From positions 1-38,401 of the forward strand of contig JBKPDM010000208.1 in assembly GCA_046727895.1 (NCBI GenBank): a stretch of DNA of 38,401 nucleotides, in the 5' to 3' direction. Below, in pieces: positions 9,476 through 17,704 of the stretch (positions are counted from its first letter, which is position 1; each line of letters starts with the position of its first letter). The translations under genes were made by a program, and so were the position numbers. Origin of the DNA: Pseudomonadota bacterium. GTDB lineage: Bacteria; Pseudomonadota; Alphaproteobacteria; Geminicoccales; Geminicoccaceae. The notes under the pieces were generated by a model. It saw only the letters and a program-made list of their open reading frames with translations, did no database searches and had not been told where the DNA came from.

Positions 9476-9496
9476 TCTCTCCAGAAGGCGGAGAGA
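9476..9496 (+). terminator. Hairpin TCTCTCC-agaaggc-GGAGAGA after the DUF1326 stop, in a convergent gap; candidate intrinsic terminator
   Basis: Perfect 7-bp stem with a 7-nt loop, followed only by TTAT, so the U-tract is weak. Confidence 0.35.
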
Positions 9497-9579
9497 TTAT
9501 CTCATCCGCGAGGGTCAGGCGCATCTCAAAGCCTGATCGAAAAACAAAGGGCGGCGGCGCGCCGATCGCGTGAGCAGGC

Positions 9580-10167
9580 TCAGCGCAGGCCGTCCTCACC
9601 CTTGATCTCGGACGCCTTGAGACCGCCCGCGCGGGCATGAATCCGGGCGCCGGTGGTCATCGCCAGGATGAACACGATCTCGTCCGGCCGCGGCGCGTCC
9701 GCGACGCCGACCTCGATCGCATCGAAGTGGCTGCGCACGTAGGAAGCGTTGATGTGGGTGATCGGCACGTCGAGGCGCGCGCCGGCGACCGCGACCTTCT
9801 TGGTCGACGGCACGATCGCCTTGGCGTCGCCGAGCGCCTGTCGCATGGCGTAACCGCCGGGCTCGTGCCAGAGCGCGCCGTGCTCGAGCTCGCCCGCGGT
9901 GCCGACCAGCGCGCCCTTGCCGTAGCCCTGAATCGCCTCGGGATGGCCGCCGAGCGCGTCGATCAGGCGGCGCGCAAGGTCGAGGCCGAGCGGTTTGAGC
10001 GCCTCCAAGTACGGCATCAGGTCCTCGACGTAGCGCCCGGCGTAGGGATTGCGCGCCACGGCGAGGATCGCGGCCCGGACCAGAGGCGTGCCGGGCGGCG
10101 GCCCGCCCTCGTGATAGATCTCCTCAAAATGCATGGTGATTTTGCGCAACTGGACCAGATCGTTCAT
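9580..10167 (-). CDS. Amino acid synthesis family protein (Pfam AA_synth / former DUF1185)
   Basis: 195 aa. The sequence MHFEEIYHEGGPPPGTPLVRAAILAVARNPYAGRYVEDL resembles proteins I recall annotated as amino acid synthesis family. Its start overlaps the upstream stop (ATGA). Confidence 0.75.
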   Translation of the reverse strand: MNDLVQLRKITMHFEEIYHEGGPPPGTPLVRAAILAVARNPYAGRYVEDLMPYLEALKPLGLDLARRLIDALGGHPEAIQGYGKGALVGTAGELEHGALWHEPGGYAMRQALGDAKAIVPSTKKVAVAGARLDVPITHINASYVRSHFDAIEVGVADAPRPDEIVFILAMTTGARIHARAGGLKASEIKGEDGLR

Positions 10168-11033
10168 CCCGCCGCCCTCAATCCATGGTCCGCTCGAAGA
10201 GCGCCGACGATCCGGACGCGGCCCTGGAGCGCGAGGCTCGCGGCGAAGATCAGCCCTGCCCGGCGCAGCGCCCCGGCGTGCTCGGCGCCCCGATCGAGCG
10301 CCCGCTCGATCACCGCCCTTGGCAGCGCGCCGACGGCGACCGTGACCGGAAGATCGCCGAGATCGGTATCCTCGCGCAAGAGGTTCGCACGCGATCGCCG
10401 GATCGCGGGATGATCGCAGTCGACCGCGTTCGCGATCATGGTCGCGGCGGCGTCGGCTGTGGCCGCGCTCGCCGCCAGCGCCGTCACCGCATCAGCGATG
10501 CCAAGCGAGAAGGAGCGGCCGCGCCAGCCGGAGGTCGCGAGCCCGCGCACCGGCATGGCGTGGTCGAGCTCGACCGTGCCATCGAGGTGCGGCGCGCTCG
10601 GATTGGCGACCAGTCCGGCGCGCAGGCGCTCGCCCGGCGCCAGGTGAATGGCGATGTCGCCGCCGTCGTTGACGTAGGCCCGCGTTAGGTCGCGGCCGGC
10701 GAGCATGGCATCCAGCACCTCGTCGCCGACCGCGCCGGCGACCGCGGCCATCGGCGTGATGTAGCGCTGGCGATGCGGCCAGACGGCCTGGACCATTCGC
10801 ATTGCGACGGCACCCTCGACGGTCAGGCCTGCATCGGTGATCGGCCGGCGCAGCAGTGGGAGCTCTGCCACCAGCTCGGCGAGAATCGTCCGGAAGCGGG
10901 CCGCGGCCTGCCGATACGCCTGGTGCCGTTCGGCTGCGGCGCCGAACGCCTCGGCGATGATGTCGATCGGGCCGTGGTGGAGGTGCAGGCGGCGGCCATC
11001 CGGCAGCAACGCGACCTGCGCTTCGCCGCTCAT
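10164..11033 (-). CDS. UPF0280 family protein (ApbE-like fold)
   Basis: 289 aa. LHLHHGPIDIIAEAFG near the N-terminus is typical of UPF0280 proteins. ATGA overlaps occur at both ends. Confidence 0.72.
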   Translation of the reverse strand: MSGEAQVALLPDGRRLHLHHGPIDIIAEAFGAAAERHQAYRQAAARFRTILAELVAELPLLRRPITDAGLTVEGAVAMRMVQAVWPHRQRYITPMAAVAGAVGDEVLDAMLAGRDLTRAYVNDGGDIAIHLAPGERLRAGLVANPSAPHLDGTVELDHAMPVRGLATSGWRGRSFSLGIADAVTALAASAATADAAATMIANAVDCDHPAIRRSRANLLREDTDLGDLPVTVAVGALPRAVIERALDRGAEHAGALRRAGLIFAASLALQGRVRIVGALRADHGLRAAG

Positions 11034-12490
11034 GCCTCGTCGAGCACCCGGCCCTTGGGCTGGACCGGCCAGGGATTGCTCTCGTCCCAGGGACGCCTGG
11101 CGAGACGCCGCTCGGCCAGCACATCGGCGAGCGGCACGATGCGCTCGAGATGACCGCCGAGGGCGGCGTAGTCCTCCCGCCTCAGGGTGAACTCGATCGG
11201 CGCGACCAGCGCCGGCGTCGGCACGTAGCCGAACGAGTTTTCCGGCATGCGGGTGACGTCGACCATGAGCGTGATGCCGCCGCCTGGCCAGACGTAGACC
11301 GGGGCGCCGCCACAGGTGACCCGGGTCAGGGCCTGCTTGACCGAGCGGGTGAGGCGCACCGGGTTCTCGGTGACGCCGGCGCGTAGCGACCCACCGGCCC
11401 CGGCCATGAACAGCACGCTGGTCAGCGCCGGCTCGCAGTTCTCGGCGATCCGCTCCACCACCTTGGCAATCTCGGCCGGCATCGGCGCCGGCTCGGGACG
11501 GAGCTGGTCGTCAAGCACGAACCAGGCGGCGTCCTCGCCGGTCGTCGAGACCATCAGGAGCCTGAGGCCGGGCCAGGCCACCTTGGCGTCGATCCGCTCG
11601 ATGATCTCGAGCGGGTCACGGATGTCGGTGCCGCCCCAGCCGGCGCCCGGCTCGGCGACCTGGAAATAGCGCCCGGGGGTCGATTTGCGACCGCGGACGC
11701 GGAGCCCGGCCGGCGGCATGTCGAGGAAGCGGCCGGCCTGGTGCTCGGTCAGGACGCCCGTGATATGATCGTCGACGACGATCACCTCGTCGGCGTGGCC
11801 GTGCCACTGCTGAGCGAAGATGCCGATCGCGGCCGAGCCGCAGCCGACCCGCATCCGCTCTTCGCGCACGCCGTTGACGACCGGCGCCGCGCCCGCCTGC
11901 AGGGTCACCTTGGCGCCGCCCTCGATCTCGACCTCGACCGGCCTGCGCGAGCAGAGCTCGAGCATCGAGCGGCAGGTGACGGTGCCCTCGCGCTTGCTGC
12001 CGCCGGTCAGGTGACGGACCCCGCCGAGCGCCAGCATCTGCGAGCCGTACTCGGCCGTGGTGACATGGCCGATCGGCTCACCGTCGGCACGCACTGCAGC
12101 CTGCTCGGGTCCGAGGTAGCGATCGGTGTCGATCTTCACCTTCAGGCCGCAGTAGCTGAAGATGCCCTCCGAGACCACGGTCACCATGTCGACGCCTTCG
12201 ACCTCGGCGCCGACGATGAACGGCGCCGGCTTGTAGTCGGGGTAGGTCGTGCCGGCGCCGATGCCGGTGACGAAGCTCTCGCCGCTCCTGACCAGGGCGC
12301 CGTCCCAGTCGCCCGCGCCGTCGAGGAACGGCACCTTGTCGTCGGCCCGCTCAGTCACGACGAGCGGGTCGACCCGCACCAGCTTGCCGTCCAGGTTGGC
12401 GTAGCGATCGCAGGCGCCGGCCTTGCCCTCGCGGATCCGGCAGAGCACCGGGCAGGCGTCGCAGCGGACGATCGAGCCCGCCTCAGCCAT
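11030..12490 (-). CDS. 6-hydroxynicotinate-reductase-like protein with an N-terminal Cys cluster
   Basis: Large ORF. The translation shows CDACPVLCRIREGKAGAC (C-x2-C-x3-C-x9-C). I recall homologues annotated as 6-hydroxynicotinate reductase next to UPF0280 and AA_synth genes. ATG 12490 is preferred over the TTG at 12541. Confidence 0.68.
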   Translation of the reverse strand: MAEAGSIVRCDACPVLCRIREGKAGACDRYANLDGKLVRVDPLVVTERADDKVPFLDGAGDWDGALVRSGESFVTGIGAGTTYPDYKPAPFIVGAEVEGVDMVTVVSEGIFSYCGLKVKIDTDRYLGPEQAAVRADGEPIGHVTTAEYGSQMLALGGVRHLTGGSKREGTVTCRSMLELCSRRPVEVEIEGGAKVTLQAGAAPVVNGVREERMRVGCGSAAIGIFAQQWHGHADEVIVVDDHITGVLTEHQAGRFLDMPPAGLRVRGRKSTPGRYFQVAEPGAGWGGTDIRDPLEIIERIDAKVAWPGLRLLMVSTTGEDAAWFVLDDQLRPEPAPMPAEIAKVVERIAENCEPALTSVLFMAGAGGSLRAGVTENPVRLTRSVKQALTRVTCGGAPVYVWPGGGITLMVDVTRMPENSFGYVPTPALVAPIEFTLRREDYAALGGHLERIVPLADVLAERRLARRPWDESNPWPVQPKGRVLDEA

Positions 12491-12730
12491 CGGCAGCACC
12501 CGCGGGCACCTCGGCCGACCCGGCGGTGCGCGCCTGGTCAATCAAGCGGTGATGGCGGCAGCTGAGCAACTTCGGGCTACCCGAAAGGTGAGGTTCGGCC
12601 CATCATCAAGCGCCCGCCGATGGCCGACGTCAAGGGCGGGGAAGGCGGCCTCGAAAACCGACTCGAGCGCCTGCATCAGGCTCGAGCGGGACCTCTCGGG
12701 CGGCTATTGGTTGCAGGGAAGGGGGGCGAG

Positions 12731-12955
12731 ATGCGCACCGAGGACTACCAGCGCCGGCGGGACGAGCTGGCCGGCTGGCCGGTCGGGATCATCTCTTACA
12801 AGCTCGGCGATCGTTACATCTGCGAGGTCGACAACGTCAGCCCCGGCGCCCGTCTGGCGCGCGCGGACGGCGCCACCCTCGAGGAAGCCGAGCAGCGCGC
12901 GCTGGCGGCGGCGGAGCGCCGCCTCGCCCGCACCCGCGTTCATTCGATCGACTAG
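12731..12955 (+). CDS. Small conserved-looking hypothetical protein (74 aa)
   Basis: ATG 12731 is preceded by a GGAAGGGGGG RBS. GC3 bias is good. The upstream extension to 12620 looks non-coding. Confidence 0.55.
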   Translation: MRTEDYQRRRDELAGWPVGIISYKLGDRYICEVDNVSPGARLARADGATLEEAEQRALAAAERRLARTRVHSID

Positions 12956-13005
12956 GACTAGGACTAGGTCGCGGCCACGGGGAGGGCTCGAGAGCCTCTC
13001 AGGCG

Positions 13006-13581
13006 CTACTCACTCTCAGCTTGCTCATCAGCCCGCGCTGGTGCGCGCTGGTGTGAGCGCGCGCCGGTTGTAGGGCAGAGGCGCTGAAGGAGCTCTGCCA
13101 TGCCGCAGAAGCCGGTGACCCCGGCGACGATCAGACCGGCGCCGACGAAGGCGCTGAGCAGCGCGAACCAAGGCGACAGCAGCACCGCCAGGAGCAGGCC
13201 AAGGAGGACCAGGGAGCCCGCGGCGATCTGAACCTGGCGCATGATTGGCAGCGGCGCCGCGGGATTGGCCTCCACCGGCAGGCCGGTGCGTTTCCAGGCC
13301 TGGATGCCGCCCGCCAGATGGGCCAGCTCCTCGTGGTACGCCAACAGCCCGCCGGCCGCCTGGCGCGAGCGGTTGCCGCTGTTGCACATCAGCACCATGA
13401 TCTTCTCGGGGTCCCGCGGCAGGCGCGCCGGGTCGAAGCGCGAGAGGGCATGCAGACGCGCGCCCGGGACATGCTCGCGGGCATACTCGTCGGCCTCGCG
13501 TACATCGACTAGGATCGCGCGACCATGGTCCAGCCAGTCCTTGAGCGTAGCCGGGTCGACGTCACGAAGCGCCGCGGGCAT
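13006..13581 (-). CDS. Rhodanese-domain sulfurtransferase fused to a C-terminal DUF2892 2TM domain (YgaP-like)
   Basis: Rhodanese fold with the active-site loop CNSGNRS. The C-terminal hydrophobic hairpin ends in GFCGMAELL, typical of DUF2892. A GGGAGG RBS is present. Confidence 0.85.
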   Translation of the reverse strand: MPAALRDVDPATLKDWLDHGRAILVDVREADEYAREHVPGARLHALSRFDPARLPRDPEKIMVLMCNSGNRSRQAAGGLLAYHEELAHLAGGIQAWKRTGLPVEANPAAPLPIMRQVQIAAGSLVLLGLLLAVLLSPWFALLSAFVGAGLIVAGVTGFCGMAELLQRLCPTTGARSHQRAPARADEQAESE

Positions 13582-13686
13582 GAGGCAACCTCCCGGTGGC
13601 CTTATATCGTCTATCGCTAATTAAGTATCGTTGAATATGTTGTCAAGCGGGCTACGGGTCGCGCGGCTGGCGCGAGGAGGAGCAGC
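13582..13686. promoter_or_regulatory. Divergent promoter/operator region between the rhodanese and MBL genes, with an AT-rich core
   Basis: The only strongly AT-rich patch nearby is 13601..13645. TATCG occurs three times (13605, 13612, 13626) around a TAATTA centre. No regulator gene is adjacent. Confidence 0.3.
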
Positions 13687-14547
13687 ATGAAGCCAGACGT
13701 TACGTCGTTCTTCCATGAGGATTCCAACACGATCTGCCACGTGGTGCGCGAACCGGAGGGCCGGCATGCGGCGATCATCGACGCGGCGCTCGATTTCGAC
13801 GAGGCGGCGGGGCGAACGCGGACCGCGTTCGCCGATCGGGTGGTCGCCTTCGTCCGCGAGCAAGGCCTAGTCGTCGACTGGATCCTCGAGACCCACGCCC
13901 ATGCCGACCATCTCTCCGCCGCTCCCTATCTGAAGCAGCAGCTCGGCGGCCGGATCGGCATCGGCGAGCACATCACCGACGTCCAGAAGCTGTTCAAGGA
14001 TCTCTTCAACGTCGAGAAGACGTTCAACACCGACGGCTCACAGTTCGATCACCTGTTCAAGGAGGGCGAGCATTTCAGGATCGGCGCGCTCGATGCCCGT
14101 GTCCTCTATACGCCGGGGCACACGCCCGCCTGCGTGACCTACGTGGTCGGCGATGCGGCGTTCGTCGGCGACACCTTGTTCATGCCTGACGGCGGCACCG
14201 CGCGCGCCGATTTTCCCGGCGGCGACGCTGGCACACTCTATCACTCGATCGAGAAGATTCTCGCGCTGCCGCCCGACACCCGGCTGTTCGTCTGCCACGA
14301 TTACGGGGCCGGAGGGCGGCCGATTGCCTGGGAGACCACGGTCGCGGAGCAGCGCGCCAGGAACATCCATGTGCGCGAGGGCACCAAAGAGGGCGAGTTC
14401 GTCAGGATCCGCACCGAGCGCGACAAGACACTGAAAGTGCCGAAGCTGCTGATGCCCTCGATCCAGATCAACATGCGGGCGGGGGAGATGCCGCCGCCCG
14501 AGGACAACGGGGTCTCCTACATCAAGATTCCGCTGAACCGGATCTGA
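13687..14547 (+). CDS. MBL-fold metallo-hydrolase, persulfide dioxygenase-like (ETHE1/PDO type)
   Basis: The HAHADH metal motif is present (ETHAHADHLSAAPYL), and TPGHTPAC and FVCHDY follow later. Its 286-aa length and pairing with a rhodanese fit a PDO. Confidence 0.78.
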   Translation: MKPDVTSFFHEDSNTICHVVREPEGRHAAIIDAALDFDEAAGRTRTAFADRVVAFVREQGLVVDWILETHAHADHLSAAPYLKQQLGGRIGIGEHITDVQKLFKDLFNVEKTFNTDGSQFDHLFKEGEHFRIGALDARVLYTPGHTPACVTYVVGDAAFVGDTLFMPDGGTARADFPGGDAGTLYHSIEKILALPPDTRLFVCHDYGAGGRPIAWETTVAEQRARNIHVREGTKEGEFVRIRTERDKTLKVPKLLMPSIQINMRAGEMPPPEDNGVSYIKIPLNRI

Positions 14548-14618
14548 GGCTGAGGCGAAAGACAGCCTGAGCCTTGGCACCAGAACTGGCGCCGGGCGAC
14601 GCGACGCCCCGACGCCAA

Positions 14619-15107
14619 TCACTCGGACCTCCGATCCCGCGAGTTGCGGGCGCGCACCGAGACCCACTGCGCGTGCTCCTTGCCGATCAGCTCTTCGATC
14701 CGCTCGGCGAGATGAGCGCGTTTGTCCTCGGTATCGCCGTAGGGGCCGGCATCGGCCAGGAACAAATACTTCTCGTGCTTCAGAGCCTCGGCGGTCGAGC
14801 GGTAGCTCAGCCAGTTCTCATGGTACTGGTTGAGGTGCTGCAACCCCTCGAGAACGACCACCGCAACGCCGACCAGCGCGATCACGACGGCCGGCAGCAG
14901 GGCCCAGTGCGGGTCGAGCATGGCGGCGAGATTGTCCTGGAAACCGGCCAGAAACGGGATCAAGGCGGCGAGAACGACCTGAATGACCTTGAGGCGCTTG
15001 TACGTGCGCTGGGCCTCGACGCCCCGGCGTTCGTACCAAGCAATCTGGTCTTCGAGCCGAGTCCATGTGGGATCGACCCACGCCTCCTCGGTGCTGGAGG
15101 CTTGCAT
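14619..15107 (-). CDS. DUF4231 / SLATT-superfamily 2TM protein
   Basis: An N-terminal helix (LEDQIAWYERRGVEAQRTYKRLK) is followed by two TM helices and then NWLSYRSTAEALKHEKYLF, the DUF4231 pattern as I recall it. ATG 15107 has a GGGAGG RBS. The ORF-track extension to 15206 is unlikely. Confidence 0.7.
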   Translation of the reverse strand: MQASSTEEAWVDPTWTRLEDQIAWYERRGVEAQRTYKRLKVIQVVLAALIPFLAGFQDNLAAMLDPHWALLPAVVIALVGVAVVVLEGLQHLNQYHENWLSYRSTAEALKHEKYLFLADAGPYGDTEDKRAHLAERIEELIGKEHAQWVSVRARNSRDRRSE

Positions 15108-15337
15108 GTACCGACCTCCCTGACGTCTCCTCCGAACGACGGCTTCGTCGACGATTTTCTCCGCAATGTCGTTTGCAGTCGTTCCTACTGCCGTTCGAGA
15201 TATCACAATAAACGGCGTGGGCTATACCGAATTTCGCCGACGCGGTTCGACCGGTGCCCGAGGGAGCGCCGGTCCCGGGTCATCGGTTGCTGGTGGCGGC
15301 GGCACCGCGCGCCGGCGCGCACGGCGAAGCGGCTCGC

Positions 15338-16348
15338 CTAGTACCAATAGCCGCTCAAGCGAGTGCGGGGCGCCCGAGTGATCGGCTGCCAGCGGCACTC
15401 GGTCGGGCCGGGCTCGACCAAGTCGGAAGCGTAGGCCGGCGGGCCGAACTCGGCCGGCCTGTCGTACAGCGCCTCAAGCCTGGCGATGCGCTGCTCGGTC
15501 CGCGGATGGCTGCGCAACAGCGAGGGCTCGGGCAGCCGGTAGCCGGGCATCAGGATCTGCTCCCAGATCCCCCGCTGATAGCGCTCGAGCTTGGCCAGCG
15601 CCGACGCGAGGCCGGCCGGATCGCCGGTCAGGCCGGCAGCGTCCAGATCGGCTTCGAACTCGCGCGCCCGCGACAAGGCCAGCTGCAGCAGCACGGTCAG
15701 CTGCGGCGCGAACACCAGCAACGGTATCAGTAGCCAGGGCAGGCTGGCCGCACCGCTCAGCCAGAGCGGCAGACCGACGAACAGGAGGATGAGGCCGAAC
15801 ATGGTCATCATCCGAGTCAGGCGTCCGGTGAGGTCGGCCAGGCTCATCAGCCAGAGGTCGTTGTTGCGAATGTGGCTGATCTCGTGCGCCAGCACGCCGG
15901 CCAACTCGCGCAAGCTCAGGGTCCGCAACATGCCGTCGGTGACCGCGATCACGGCATCGTCGCGGCCGCCGACCGCAAACGCGTTCAGCATCCTGCTCGG
16001 CACGTAGTAGATGCGCGGACGTTGGTCCAGCCCTGCCCGCTCGGCGAGCTGCGCGAGCACGCGAAAGACTTCGGGCAGATCGTGCGGCAACAGTTCACGC
16101 GCGCGATACAGCCGGAGCACCATGCCGGGCGAGATCTTAGGGCTGAACGCGAGGGCCAGTGCTGCGCCCAGGCCCAGGCCGACGACCCCGTCCGGGCCGA
16201 ACAGAGTCCAGCCGCAGAGCGCCAGGATTCCGACCATGCCGCCCAGCAGCAGCATCGACTGAAGGAGGTTTCTCAGTTTGTGACGCCGCTGCGCGGCCGC
16301 ATCGAGCGGCGCGAGCTGAGGGCGGTTCACGACTGGTGATGCAAGCAT
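15338..16348 (-). CDS. M48-family zinc metalloprotease (HtpX-like)
   Basis: HEISHIRNND provides the HExxH motif. TM helices flank the catalytic domain, with EFEAD downstream. Confidence 0.85.
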   Translation of the reverse strand: MLASPVVNRPQLAPLDAAAQRRHKLRNLLQSMLLLGGMVGILALCGWTLFGPDGVVGLGLGAALALAFSPKISPGMVLRLYRARELLPHDLPEVFRVLAQLAERAGLDQRPRIYYVPSRMLNAFAVGGRDDAVIAVTDGMLRTLSLRELAGVLAHEISHIRNNDLWLMSLADLTGRLTRMMTMFGLILLFVGLPLWLSGAASLPWLLIPLLVFAPQLTVLLQLALSRAREFEADLDAAGLTGDPAGLASALAKLERYQRGIWEQILMPGYRLPEPSLLRSHPRTEQRIARLEALYDRPAEFGPPAYASDLVEPGPTECRWQPITRAPRTRLSGYWY

Positions 16349-16515
16349 GGCAAGGGCGAACCGAACGGGCGTCCCTACTCGGCAAAGATAGACCGCTCGC
16401 CGGAGCCCGCAATGAGCCGTGCAGCCATGGCTCGCCGCGCCGCCGCGGGTCGCGAAGCGGCTTGACCGGCGGCGCTCCCTCGTGAGATCTGCCGATGGTT
16501 GGGATGGGGGATGCC

Positions 16516-17697
16516 ATGAAGCTCACCGGCCTCAGGACGACGCCGATCAACATGCCCCATGACGCGCCGATGTGGTGGACCGGGGGCCTCTATCCCGGCA
16601 CCTCGAAGACGATCGTCGAGGTCGAGACGGACGAAGGCGTGGTCGGCCTCGGCGAGGCGCCCTCGATCGACGTGCTCCCAGTCATCGAGGCGATGGGCGA
16701 GCGCCTGATCGGTCAGGACCCGATCGACATCGCGGCCTGTGAGAGCTCGTGCGTGCCGCCCTGGCAGATCGTGCAGAAAACCGACGACTCCTCGGTGGTC
16801 AAGGCGTTCGGCGCGATCGAGATTGCACTTTGGGACATCCGCGGCAAGGTCTGGGAGCAGCCACTCTACAAGCTCTTGGGCGGCGCTGTGCGCAAGCAGA
16901 TCCCGTTCACCGAGTATTTCGCTTTCCGGCCGGAGCAGAACGGCGCAGGGGGCGAGATGACGCCCGAGGCGGTGGTCGACTATTGCCTGCGCATGCGCGC
17001 CGAGCACGGCTCGTCCTTCTTCGAGGGCAAGCTGATCCTGGGCGACCCGCTGCTCGAGATCCGGACCGTGCGGCTCCTGCGCGAGGCTCTGGGGGCGGAG
17101 GCGATGCTCCGGCTCGATTCCAACATGCAGTGGTCGCTCGCCAGTGCCCGGCAGGTACTGCGCGCGATCGAGCCCTACGACATCCGCAACTATGAGGACC
17201 CGGTCGCGACCTTCGAGGAGATGGCGCAGCTCAGAAAGCACTCCGCGATCCCGTTCAGGTCGCACGTGCCGGACCTCCGGCGCGCGGTGGCGCTCGGCGT
17301 GCCCGACACGATCGTCACCAACTTCGCCGTCCTCGGTGGCATCAACCGGGCGATCCGCTTCATCGGCGCCTGCGAGGCGATGGGCGTGGGCTTCTGGTGC
17401 TACTCAGGCTATGCCGGCGTCTGCACCGCCGCCTATCTGCACGTCACCGCGGCCACGCAGTGGATCCACGAGCCGAGCCAGTCGCTGTTTCGCTGGCAGA
17501 TCGCCGACGTGATCGAGGGCGGACCGTTTCGCCAGACCAACAACGTCGTGCCGGTACCCGAGGGGCCGGGCCTCGGGGTGAGGCTGGACCGCAGCTCGCT
17601 CGACTTCCTGCATCGCCATTTCGTCGATCACGGTCCGCTCGACCACTTCCACGATCCGGCCGCGCCCGGCCGCTTCCGGCGGTTGCCCCTGCACTGA
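16516..17697 (+). CDS. Enolase-superfamily enzyme (mandelate racemase / muconate lactonizing enzyme family)
   Basis: The N-terminal capping domain reads VEVETDEGVVGLGEAP. The barrel region contains LRLDSN and NYEDP, which look like metal-ligand motifs. ATG 16516 (MKLTGL) is preferred. Confidence 0.82.
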   Translation: MKLTGLRTTPINMPHDAPMWWTGGLYPGTSKTIVEVETDEGVVGLGEAPSIDVLPVIEAMGERLIGQDPIDIAACESSCVPPWQIVQKTDDSSVVKAFGAIEIALWDIRGKVWEQPLYKLLGGAVRKQIPFTEYFAFRPEQNGAGGEMTPEAVVDYCLRMRAEHGSSFFEGKLILGDPLLEIRTVRLLREALGAEAMLRLDSNMQWSLASARQVLRAIEPYDIRNYEDPVATFEEMAQLRKHSAIPFRSHVPDLRRAVALGVPDTIVTNFAVLGGINRAIRFIGACEAMGVGFWCYSGYAGVCTAAYLHVTAATQWIHEPSQSLFRWQIADVIEGGPFRQTNNVVPVPEGPGLGVRLDRSSLDFLHRHFVDHGPLDHFHDPAAPGRFRRLPLH

Positions 17698-17704
17698 CTC
17701 ACTC

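Noticed and set aside
12620-12730. The N-terminal extension of the small ORF (ORF track start 12620). Similar extensions occur at 1308, 2200, 16495, 19808, 24834, 26453, 27022, 29472, 33626, 35807, 36073, 35748 and 37880.
   Set aside because: Internal ATG/GTG starts with good Shine-Dalgarno sequences coincide with family-typical N-termini or signal peptides. The extensions overlap upstream genes or look non-coding.
14619-16348. SLATT gene plus the neighbouring M48 protease as a CBASS-like or other defence operon
   Set aside because: No nucleotidyltransferase, SLOG, TIR or nuclease genes are present. A 230-bp gap separates the two genes. M48/HtpX proteases are common housekeeping genes. I kept only the orphan-SLATT observation.
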